Source of the DNA: Eubacteriales Family XIII. Incertae Sedis bacterium
GTDB taxonomy: Bacteria; Bacillota; Clostridia; Peptostreptococcales; Anaerovoracaceae
NCBI GenBank assembly: GCA_031266025.1
Contig: JAISBV010000105.1
Span: 5,986-69,985, forward strand
DNA: 64,000 nt
Direction: 5' to 3'
This document shows, piece after piece, positions 39,121 through 47,435 of this stretch. The notes beneath the pieces are model-generated. The model was not told the origin of the DNA. It saw only the letters and a program-made list of their open reading frames with translations, and did not search any database. A program made the translations under genes and the position numbers. How positions within the stretch are numbered: position 1 is the first letter of the stretch; each line of letters begins with the position of its first letter.

Positions 39121-39179
39121 GTTCGGCAGTTAAATTGCGTTCGCCGCCATCGCAGATCGAAGTATCAATTGTTGGAGGA

Positions 39180-39791
39180 TTATTGCGTTGAAATAGATTC
39201 GCGTTTAATGAACGCGTCAACTGTCATGCGGTCAACTTTCAAAATCCTTGCTATTTGCGTCTTGGGAACCTCGTGCAAAAGCAAGTCGCGTATGAAATCC
39301 TCTTTACCGGACAGCTTAACTTTTGACGATTTACTGCCTATAGGTCTACCTAATACAACGCCTTCGGCACGTTTACGAGCGAGTGCTTCTTTGGTTCGTT
39401 GGCTGATCAGATTGCGCTCTATTTCGGCGGACAAACCGAATGCGAAAGCAAGAACCTTGCTCTGTATGTCATCGCCCAACCGATAGTTATCTTTTATCGT
39501 CCACACGCGGCAGTTTTTGTTCATACAAATATTCAAGATGTCCATAATCATAAACAGCGTGCGGCCTAAACGTGATAGCTCGGCGCATATAATCAGGTCT
39601 CCGTTTTTAACCTTGCTGAGCAGTTCACCGAGTTTACGTTTGTTGTAATTCTTGGTGCCGCTGATTGTTTCCTCAATCCATCCGTTTATGTCGATGCCGT
39701 TGTTCTCCGCGAATTTATTGATTTCGTACCGTTGGTTCTCAACCGTCTGCTTGTCGCTGCTGACGCGAATATAACCGTAAATCATTTGCAT
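39180..39791 (-). CDS. Small serine recombinase (resolvase/invertase family)
   Basis: YGYIRVSSDKQ nucleophile motif, ELSRLGR, and a C-terminal HTH (KTQIARILKVDRMTVDAFI). 203 aa. Confidence 0.9.
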   Translation of the reverse strand: MQMIYGYIRVSSDKQTVENQRYEINKFAENNGIDINGWIEETISGTKNYNKRKLGELLSKVKNGDLIICAELSRLGRTLFMIMDILNICMNKNCRVWTIKDNYRLGDDIQSKVLAFAFGLSAEIERNLISQRTKEALARKRAEGVVLGRPIGSKSSKVKLSGKEDFIRDLLLHEVPKTQIARILKVDRMTVDAFIKRESISTQ

Positions 39792-39807
39792 AACCTCCCA
39801 TTATAAA

Positions 39808-39831
39808 TTAATGATTGGATTTTATCATTAA
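39808..39831. promoter_or_regulatory. Perfect palindrome TTAATGAT-N8-ATCATTAA upstream of the recombinase gene. Candidate recombinase binding or crossover site, or an auto-operator.
   Basis: Read directly. Begins 17 bp upstream of the recombinase start codon. Confidence 0.4.
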
Positions 39832-39863
39832 GGCGAAAGAAAGCAAAGAGTAATTATCGCATC

Positions 39864-39893
39864 TTTACAGCGCAACGCCAAGTGAAGTATAAT
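39864..39893 (+). promoter_or_regulatory. SigA-type promoter for the kinase operon
   Basis: TTTACA, an 18-nt spacer, then TATAAT (39888-39893). Confidence 0.5.
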
Positions 39894-39955
39894 GTGATTA
39901 CTGAAAGCAAGGCAAAACCGATCTGACGCTTACGGGAGATTTCAAGGAGATTTCA

Positions 39956-40795
39956 ATGGATCAAATCAAAGATTTGAAAATACAGGACATATCTCACTTC
40001 GATGTTGAAATAAGCGCGCTGTCGGGTAAAAGACGCAAGGTATATGTCAAAGACAAGCACAAGAAATACATGCTCAAGTTGGCCGACATAAAACAGAACG
40101 GAGAGCAAATACCCTCGCATATATCGGAATATACATCCTGCAAGTTGATTGATGCACTGGGCTATTCTGTACAAGAGGTCTGTTTGGTTACATGGCATGA
40201 AAATGAGGCGGTCTTGATAGAGCTTTTTGACGAGCAGATTGTAACATTCACCGGATTTGGGGATTCAACCCTTGAAAGCGGCAATTTGGAATACGATTTG
40301 GACAGTATGGCGGATGGGTTGGTAAGCGCAAAATTCGCGGAAAACCCCGTATCTTTCTTATGGAATACATTTATTCTCGACAGTTTTGTGTGCAACTTGG
40401 ACAGGCATCCGAATAACTGGGGATTTTTCAGAAAAGGCGACGTTTATTCGCCGGCGCCGCTGTTTGATTTGGGAAATTCTTTGTTCTCTGTAAACGCGAA
40501 CAAATTAAATAAAAATACGGATGTAAATAAATTGATAGAGTTGTACGGTAAATCGGCAATACTTTACAGGGGCGAGCGCTTGGGATTCAGAGATGTATTG
40601 CGCGCGCGCGATAATGAACATTTGCAAAAAGCGTTGGCAGTCTTTAAGACGAAATTAAACGCTGCGGACACAAAGAAAGAATTGCGCGATATTTTGGCAA
40701 ATGTTTTGTTGCTAAATAAAGAATACGATAATTATTGTGAGTTCTTGGAGCAGATGATTGACGCGCAGACGAGGTTTTTCGAGGAGACGCTATGA
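39956..40795 (+). CDS. HipA_C-like serine/threonine kinase consisting of the kinase core only
   Basis: Gly-rich loop ALSGKRRKVYV, lysine block KYMLK, catalytic NLDRHPNNWGF (D149), Mg-binding SPAPLFDLGNS (D171). 279 aa. Confidence 0.8.
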   Translation: MDQIKDLKIQDISHFDVEISALSGKRRKVYVKDKHKKYMLKLADIKQNGEQIPSHISEYTSCKLIDALGYSVQEVCLVTWHENEAVLIELFDEQIVTFTGFGDSTLESGNLEYDLDSMADGLVSAKFAENPVSFLWNTFILDSFVCNLDRHPNNWGFFRKGDVYSPAPLFDLGNSLFSVNANKLNKNTDVNKLIELYGKSAILYRGERLGFRDVLRARDNEHLQKALAVFKTKLNAADTKKELRDILANVLLLNKEYDNYCEFLEQMIDAQTRFFEETL

Positions 40796-41199
40796 AAACC
40801 AAACCTACTGAATTAAAGAGGGACACTTTGTATATAGGTCTTTATACGAACGGTAAGATTTTCAGAATAGGAACATTTTCTTTGCTTCTTGAAAGCAACG
40901 GCAAACACATATATGAATTCGATATCGACGAAGAACGTTACAATGAAGCTATGAAGATGACGGACAGGATAATACCGGGTTTCAATCCAAAGAACGGATG
41001 GAAACAACGGCACGACAAAGAGATGCAATTTGTATACGAACGTACATTTCATCCGCAGCGTCAGGATATGGAAGATATTTTGAAGCCTTACAGTATGACG
41101 CCCAAAGAATACAATAAATGGAATTTTCTTAAAAAGAGCAAAGGAAAATGTTATCAAGATGATTGGCGTTTGACAGATGTTTTTGAGGAAACCTATTGA
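40792..41199 (+). CDS. Small protein coupled to the kinase, possibly a HipS-like / HipA N-terminal-subdomain homologue
   Basis: ATGA overlap with the kinase stop. LYIGLYTNGKIFRIGTFSLLLESNGKHIYEFDIDEERY and HPQRQDMEDILKPYSMTPKEYNKWNFLKKSKGKCYQDDWRL resemble HipA N-terminal segments at motif level only. Confidence 0.45.
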   Translation: MKTKPTELKRDTLYIGLYTNGKIFRIGTFSLLLESNGKHIYEFDIDEERYNEAMKMTDRIIPGFNPKNGWKQRHDKEMQFVYERTFHPQRQDMEDILKPYSMTPKEYNKWNFLKKSKGKCYQDDWRLTDVFEETY

Positions 41200-41427
41200 T
41201 ACGTCGTTCAATTGTCTTAAGGGCAAGCCGGATCTCACTTGAGGTGGGAAATATTCCCGGCGAAGTTATATTGGACTTTTATTGTCTGTTAAGATATAAT
41301 ACATCTTAGTTGTAGGAACAACAACATAAGCCTTGTTTTATGTTCGGGAGCCAAATTCGAAACGCGTCTCGGCCGCCGCGGCGGCGGTAAAAATTAATCT
41401 TAAAAAGCAGAAAGGAACAGTCGCAAA

Positions 41428-42303
41428 ATGAAAAGAGTAGGTTGGATCGGGGTCGGTAAAATGGGCAGTCGTATGTCGCGCAGACTTTTGGAGCAAGGCT
41501 ATACTCTGAATGTCTATGATGTTGATCCGACGAATATCGCGGCGCTCAAAGAGAGCGGCGCGGGCGTCGCCGGAAGTCCCGCGGAGCTTGCAAAAATGTC
41601 GGACTATGTGTTCTCCATGATTCCGAATTCCGCCGTTTTAAAAACGGTATTGGAGCAGGAGAACGGGCTTTTGCAAGTGAGGGGCGGCTATACGCTGATA
41701 GATATGAGCACGCTCGACCCGGCAAGTTCCTTATTGTTCGCGGAAAAATTGTCCGAGGCCGGTATCGGATATCTGCGCGCGCCCGTGACAGGAAGTACGG
41801 AATACGCCGAAAAAGGCACGCTTGGCGTCATGGTTTCGGGAGACGAAGCCCTCTTTAACGAAATTTTACCGCTGTTCAAAATCTTGGGGAACAGACAGAC
41901 ATACCTTGGAGACGCGGAACAGGCGCGGTATATGAAGATTTCCGTTAACCTTATGGTAGGCGTCACCATGCAGATGCTGGCCGAAGCGCTTGTTTTGGGT
42001 GAGAAAGCGGGAATAAAGTGGGACGATTTGATAGATATGATTTCGGACAGCGCCGCAGCGGCGCCCATAGTCAAATTTAAGGCCGATGCGCTCAAAAATA
42101 GAGATTTTTCGCCTATGTCCACGGCGCGCGTAGCGGAAAAAGATTTGCAATTCGCGCTCGATATAGCCAAGGATGAGGGTATATCGCTGCCGCTTACGGC
42201 TTTGACGACGCAGTATTACGCGGCGATGCGTTTGCACGGGCTCGGCGATATCGACTACAGCGGGATTTTACTCCTTAATGAAAAATTCAACAAAATTGAA
42301 TGA
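41428..42303 (+). CDS. NAD(P)-dependent beta-hydroxyacid dehydrogenase (3-hydroxyisobutyrate / 6-phosphogluconate dehydrogenase-like family)
   Basis: Rossmann motif VGWIGVGKMGSRM. Family-typical C-terminal helical domain. Confidence 0.8.
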   Translation: MKRVGWIGVGKMGSRMSRRLLEQGYTLNVYDVDPTNIAALKESGAGVAGSPAELAKMSDYVFSMIPNSAVLKTVLEQENGLLQVRGGYTLIDMSTLDPASSLLFAEKLSEAGIGYLRAPVTGSTEYAEKGTLGVMVSGDEALFNEILPLFKILGNRQTYLGDAEQARYMKISVNLMVGVTMQMLAEALVLGEKAGIKWDDLIDMISDSAAAAPIVKFKADALKNRDFSPMSTARVAEKDLQFALDIAKDEGISLPLTALTTQYYAAMRLHGLGDIDYSGILLLNEKFNKIE

Positions 42304-42388
42304 CGGCGCCGGTTCTTAATTTGACCGTTTACCGCCTATTCATGGAAACAACAGTTTTTGAGATGCTGCATATGGTAAAAAGGAGACG

Positions 42389-42489
42389 TTACTGCTCAAA
42401 GGTTCAATCAAGACTACTCAAACGCCGCGATTGTTTTGTTCGAATCAGGTTCCGAGTCCGGGCAAAAAAGGCGTGACGTTTGAGTAGTT
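42389..42489. repeat. Family A repeat, internally deleted copy with its conserved outer motif
   Basis: TTACTGCTCAAAGGTTCAATCAAGAC followed by TACTCAAACGCC...GACGTTTGAGTAGTT. About 65 bp of the central part are missing relative to 29205-29348. Confidence 0.8.
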
Positions 42490-42503
42490 ACAAGGAGACA
42501 AGT

Positions 42504-44165
42504 ATGATGTTTAAAAAATTCGTTTCCGCGCTGCTTGCGGGCGGTCTTATCATCACATCGGCGTTCGCCGCGCTTCCCGCGTCGGCAAAGACTATTCCCG
42601 CCGGGCAGACTGTCGGTACGGTGCTGTTTTACGTCACGAACAGCGGCGGAGAAGAAATCCTCGCGTCGCATATAGCCGTGTCGGAGATGGAAGCGGACAT
42701 GAAGGCCGGGAAGATCAGCACACAGAATCACAACTATTCGCTGTTAGACCGCTTCGTCACGACACTTCATCAGGAGGCTCAGGGCTTCACCGTGCCGGAG
42801 TTCATTGATTACGCGAAGTCAAAGTCGTCGCTCGCCGAGATTCGCGCGCTGCCCCTGTCGCTGTCCGGCAATTCCGTTATACGTTTCTGGGAGATAGACC
42901 AGACGGGCTATGACGACTTGGATACCTATACGTATGACGATCTGTACGGCGTTAAGCGTTACAATTTCCCACTGTTGTATGAATATTGGGATTACGCCAA
43001 ACAAGACTACGGTGATCCTGCCGGCAAGCTGACGCACGAACAGGTTATAGACCGCATATTCGAAAGCGGAGAGCCTGAGATATTCATACTTTCCGTTCGC
43101 GGTTTCTCTCAACGCTATATGGTGACGGACGAGAAGTACGGCGTTGATTACAATATGGAAAATTATTGGCAGAGCAAAGGAGTTATGGATAACGAGCGCA
43201 CGGTTCGCATCATGAAGCCCATGACGAGGGAAGAGCTTTACAACAAGACGCCTACGGCGTCGGATACCCGTTACTGGGTGGCGAATATATGTCTCAATCA
43301 GGAAAACGCGCCGGATTTGGCGTCGCTCGGCGCTGTGGCGGCCCCGACGGCCGTGATGACCGAGGCGGGCGACAATTATTACATTCGCTTTTCCTGCGCG
43401 ACGAACGAAGCGACTATACTGTACAATCACAATTTTATTTCGCCAAGCTATACGCCCACGTCGCTGTACGGCGGCAGCGCGGTGACTGTTCCCAAGGAAC
43501 ATTTCCCGAGCGGCGAGGTGACCATGACGGCCCGCGCCGTTAAGGACGGTTACAGCGATGCGGGAGTCGTGACGCTGAAGCTTAAATCTGCGGGCGTCGA
43601 ACAGAATCCCGATACGTCGGTGGCCTACACGGATGTTACCGACGGCGCGTGGTACGCGGACGCGGTGGCTTATGTGATGGGCAAAGGATTGTTCGACGTC
43701 AAACGCGCGGGCACATTCGGAACCGGCGATCCCATGACGCGCGCGATGCTCGCTTCGGCGCTGTATCGACTCGAAGGCTCGCCGGAAGTGACGGAGTACG
43801 CGGACTTTCCCGATATCACGCGCGGTACGCCGTTGTCGGCTGCCGTGTCGTGGGCATACAGCGCGGGTGTGGTAAGCGGCATGAGCGACGGTTCGTTCTT
43901 GCCGGACGGAGAGATAACGCGCGAACAGATCGCGGCGATGCTGTATCGCTACGCTAATTACAAGGGCGCGGATACAAGCGTTAAAGGCGATCTCTCGGCG
44001 TTTACCGACGCCGCCGGAATCTCGGGCTACGCGACGGAAGCCGTAGTCTGGGCGAACGGCGCAAAACTCATAAACGGCATGGGCGACGGTACGCTTGCGC
44101 CGCAGGGCAAATCCACGCGCGCGCAAGTAGCGCAGGTGCTCTTCAATTACGGAGACGCGCGATGA
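42504..44165 (+). CDS. Secreted SLH-anchored surface protein of unknown function
   Basis: ATG behind AAGGAG. Signal peptide FKKFVSALLAGGLIITSAFAALPASA. Three C-terminal SLH repeats. Confidence 0.75.
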   Translation: MMFKKFVSALLAGGLIITSAFAALPASAKTIPAGQTVGTVLFYVTNSGGEEILASHIAVSEMEADMKAGKISTQNHNYSLLDRFVTTLHQEAQGFTVPEFIDYAKSKSSLAEIRALPLSLSGNSVIRFWEIDQTGYDDLDTYTYDDLYGVKRYNFPLLYEYWDYAKQDYGDPAGKLTHEQVIDRIFESGEPEIFILSVRGFSQRYMVTDEKYGVDYNMENYWQSKGVMDNERTVRIMKPMTREELYNKTPTASDTRYWVANICLNQENAPDLASLGAVAAPTAVMTEAGDNYYIRFSCATNEATILYNHNFISPSYTPTSLYGGSAVTVPKEHFPSGEVTMTARAVKDGYSDAGVVTLKLKSAGVEQNPDTSVAYTDVTDGAWYADAVAYVMGKGLFDVKRAGTFGTGDPMTRAMLASALYRLEGSPEVTEYADFPDITRGTPLSAAVSWAYSAGVVSGMSDGSFLPDGEITREQIAAMLYRYANYKGADTSVKGDLSAFTDAAGISGYATEAVVWANGAKLINGMGDGTLAPQGKSTRAQVAQVLFNYGDAR

Positions 44166-45481
44166 GCATAAATGCACGCGCGGCGATATTCGCGTTCGTG
44201 TTTGCCGCAGTCTTTGTCATTGCGTGGCATATGTCCGCGATATCCGCGTCGGCGCTCACGCCTGACGGGCCGTGCCGCGTAATGCTCTCCTTCACGGGCG
44301 ATCCGAGATACACGGTCACTGTAACATGGACGGATGCCGAAAACGGCGGCGGCGCCGTCCGTTACGCCGCATCGAAAGGATTCTTGAACGCGCGCGAAGT
44401 TCGCGCCGTTCCCGTTACGGGCGCCGCGCCCGCAGAAATCTCGGGGCGCCGTTTCAGCGCGGAGCTTACCGGTCTGTCGCCCGGAACTACATACTACTAC
44501 AGCGTATCGGGCGATCCGGACGGGGTATATTCCTTCACGACCGCCGAAGCGGAGTCGGGGAGTTTTTCATTTATGTATCTTGGAGATATCCAGGTAACGG
44601 AGCGGGCCGAATCCGATTTTTCGGCGTGGGGCCGCTTTGTGAGCGGCGCGTACAAAAAGAACCCGGGTCTTGCCTTCGCATTGCAGGGCGGAGATATCGT
44701 TGAGAGCGGTATTAACACTGAGCAGTGGGACGCGTTTTTGGATAACGCCGCGCCTGTGTTTTCAAGGCTTGCGTTTATGCCGACCAACGGTAACCATGAG
44801 AGCAATTTTCTTTCCGGTAAGCCGGAGCTGTATTTAGACGTATTCTCATTGCCGCGAAACGGCCCCGAAGGCTTTGAAGAAGAATTTTATTCATTCGATT
44901 ACGGCGACGCTCATATCACCGTACTCAACTCATGGGTATTTTCGGGCGAACAGAAGCTTGGCGACGGAGATTTCGCGGAGATCGACGCTTGGGTGGCCCG
45001 CGACCTTTCATCGTCGGACGCGACGTGGAAGATAGCCGTAACGCATGTGCCGCTGTACGCCGTGCACAGCGACGCCGCGGCTGACAAGGCGAAAAATCAC
45101 TGGGCGCCGCTGTTTGAATACTATGGCGTATCACTTGTTTTCGTCGGGCATCAGCATGTGTATTCGAGACTTAAGCCGCTCACGGGCGGCGCGGAGGATT
45201 TCGGCGACGGCGTGACGTATATAATGGGCAACTCGGGGCGCAAATTTTATGAATCGGCGGATGAAACGCTCGCGGAACGCACGATATACAATACGTCCGT
45301 ATATCAGATTGTTCGCGTCGACGGTGATAAGCTCACCGTGCAGACGTTCGACGAAGAAGGACGGGAGCTTGATTTTGTCGAGCTGTCGCCGCGCCGCGCC
45401 GCCGAGCCCGGATACATTGACGTGAGTGAGGATGCGTGGTACGCGGACGCCGGATACGATATTCGGAAAAAGGCGTCCTGA
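44162..45481 (+). CDS. Purple-acid-phosphatase-like metallophosphoesterase
   Basis: ATGA overlap with the upstream gene. FN3-like N-terminal domain. Motifs LGDIQ, GGDIVE, NGNHE, VTHVP and GHQHVY. Confidence 0.85.
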   Translation: MSINARAAIFAFVFAAVFVIAWHMSAISASALTPDGPCRVMLSFTGDPRYTVTVTWTDAENGGGAVRYAASKGFLNAREVRAVPVTGAAPAEISGRRFSAELTGLSPGTTYYYSVSGDPDGVYSFTTAEAESGSFSFMYLGDIQVTERAESDFSAWGRFVSGAYKKNPGLAFALQGGDIVESGINTEQWDAFLDNAAPVFSRLAFMPTNGNHESNFLSGKPELYLDVFSLPRNGPEGFEEEFYSFDYGDAHITVLNSWVFSGEQKLGDGDFAEIDAWVARDLSSSDATWKIAVTHVPLYAVHSDAAADKAKNHWAPLFEYYGVSLVFVGHQHVYSRLKPLTGGAEDFGDGVTYIMGNSGRKFYESADETLAERTIYNTSVYQIVRVDGDKLTVQTFDEEGRELDFVELSPRRAAEPGYIDVSEDAWYADAGYDIRKKAS

Positions 45482-45503
45482 CAATCCGATTCGGCAGTTG
45501 TCT

Positions 45504-45726
45504 CAATTGGGTTACAGTTCAGAGGTATGTTGACGGGATACATAAATAGGAAATTATTCGTTCATTTCGTCATTCCGGGCTTGTCCCGCTTGTACCGGCT
45601 GCCTTGGGCCGGTGGAATCCAAAAACAGTAAGATGGATTCCGGGACAAGCCCGGAATGACATCATTTTGGATTCTAAAGGTGTAATACCTTATTTCGCAG
45701 CTAACCTCTGAACTGTAACTCAATTG
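45504..45726. mobile_element. Composite MITE-like element with 23-bp terminal inverted repeats enclosing a family B hairpin repeat
   Basis: CAATTGGGTTACAGTTCAGAGGT / ACCTCTGAACTGTAACTCAATTG (one mismatch). Inner GTCATTCCGGGCTTGTCCCG (45569) / CGGGACAAGCCCGGAATGAC (45641). Confidence 0.7.
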
Positions 45727-45918
45727 GCAATCCAATATTTATCTGTTAATAAATCTTCTTGTAATTCTGCTTCAAACATCATATAATATTAATCGAACAT
45801 TGCCGCATGCATATGGTTCGGCGGTTCGGCAGTATTGTATTTGTTGATGGGGAGGTGATTTGCCATAGAGATACTCATAAGTTCAATCGTTGGAATTGTT
45901 GCCGCGGTCGTTGGACTG

Positions 45919-47406
45919 TTGATCGGATACATGATCAGAAAATCAGTGGCGGAAAAGGCGATCGGAAGCGCGGAGCAAGCCGCTAAAAACATTGTCTTGG
46001 ACGCCGAAAACAGATCAGAGGCAATGAAGAAAGAATTGATCGTAGAGGCCCGCGAGGAAGTTCATCAGCTGAAAAATGAGGTCGACAAAGAGATAAAGGA
46101 GCGGAGGGCGGAAATCCAAAGGTCAGAGCAACGAATTATTCAAAAAGAAGAATCCATAGACAGAAAAACGGAGAATTTGGAGCGAAAGGAAGATAATTTC
46201 CAAAAGAAAGAGCAAAATCTGATCGACAAGGAGAACGAGCTTGACGCGCAGATCGACAAACAGTTCGCGGAGCTTGAAAGGATATCCGGGTACACCGCCG
46301 AAGAGGCAAAACAGCTTCTGTTATCGAATCTTGAAAAAGAAATCAGGGTCGAAGCCTCGATCATGATAAAGGATATAGAAAACAAGGCAAAAGAGGAGGG
46401 GGACAAGAAAGCCAAAGAGATTATCAGCGGCGCGATACAGCGATGCGCGGCCGATCATGTGGCTGAAAGCACGGTTTCCGTGGTTCCGCTTCCGAACGAT
46501 GAGATGAAGGGGAGAATCATCGGCCGTGAAGGGCGCAATATCAGGGCGATCGAGACGCTTACGGGCATAGATCTTATCATAGACGACACGCCCGAGGCTG
46601 TTATATTGTCCGGCTTTGATCCGGTCAAGCGTGAGATCGCGAGACTGTCGCTCGAAAAACTGATCGTAGACGGACGCATACATCCGGCCCGTATAGAGGA
46701 GATGGTCGAAAAAGCCGAGCGGGATGTGGCGAATACGATCAAGGAAGAGGGCGAGCAGGCTACATTTGACGTGGGCGTTCACAATCTGCACCCTGAGTTA
46801 GTGAAGCTGCTCGGACGGCTTAAGTACAGAACGAGCTACGGACAGAACGTGCTGAAACACTCCGTCGAGGTGGCGCATTTGGCGGGCTTGATGGCGGGAG
46901 AGCTCGGCTTGGACACGAAGGTCGCCAAGCGCGCGGGCTTACTGCACGATATAGGTAAGGCTCTGGATCATGAGGTCGAAGGCACGCATGTGGACATAGG
47001 CATCGACATCCTGCGCAAGTACAAAGAAACGGAAACGATTATCAACGGCATGGCCGCGCATCACGGGGACTATGAGCCTAAAAGTCTCGAGGCTGTGCTG
47101 ATTACAGCGGCCGACGCTCTTTCCGCGGCCCGGCCCGGCGCTCGGCGCGAGACGCTCGAAACATATATCAAGCGTCTGCAAAAACTCGAAGAGTTGGCGA
47201 ATACAACAAAAGGCGTGGAGCACTCTTACGCGATACAAGCGGGACGTGAGATACGCATCATAGCGAAGCCGGACGAAGTCAGTGACGATGAAATGTCGTT
47301 TTTGGCGCGTGAGATCAGCAAGAAGATAGAGAGCGAACTTGAGTACCCGGGACAGATCAAAGTCAACGTCATACGTGAGACGCGCGCCGTCGATTACGCG
47401 AAATAG
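45919..47406 (+). CDS. rny: Ribonuclease Y
   Basis: Coiled-coil N-terminus, KH domain ([15 protein letters not shown]), HD domain (HSVEVAHL...LLHDIGKA). The membrane anchor appears to be encoded upstream of the first canonical start codon, so the 5' end is uncertain (frame open from 45859). Confidence 0.9.
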   Translation: MIGYMIRKSVAEKAIGSAEQAAKNIVLDAENRSEAMKKELIVEAREEVHQLKNEVDKEIKERRAEIQRSEQRIIQKEESIDRKTENLERKEDNFQKKEQNLIDKENELDAQIDKQFAELERISGYTAEEAKQLLLSNLEKEIRVEASIMIKDIENKAKEEGDKKAKEIISGAIQRCAADHVAESTVSVVPLPNDEMKGRIIGREGRNIRAIETLTGIDLIIDDTPEAVILSGFDPVKREIARLSLEKLIVDGRIHPARIEEMVEKAERDVANTIKEEGEQATFDVGVHNLHPELVKLLGRLKYRTSYGQNVLKHSVEVAHLAGLMAGELGLDTKVAKRAGLLHDIGKALDHEVEGTHVDIGIDILRKYKETETIINGMAAHHGDYEPKSLEAVLITAADALSAARPGARRETLETYIKRLQKLEELANTTKGVEHSYAIQAGREIRIIAKPDEVSDDEMSFLAREISKKIESELEYPGQIKVNVIRETRAVDYAK

Positions 47407-47435
47407 TTTGCGCGGACGCACGGTACAGTTTGACG

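Noticed and set aside
39169-39486. 105-aa plus-strand ORF downstream of the methyltransferase, as a possible missing TRD segment
   Set aside because: It is antisense to the serine recombinase gene and shows none of the expected C-terminal TRD motifs.
42819-44177. 452-aa minus-strand ORF
   Set aside because: It is antisense to the SLH surface-protein gene, has an Arg-rich low-complexity translation and has no independent support.
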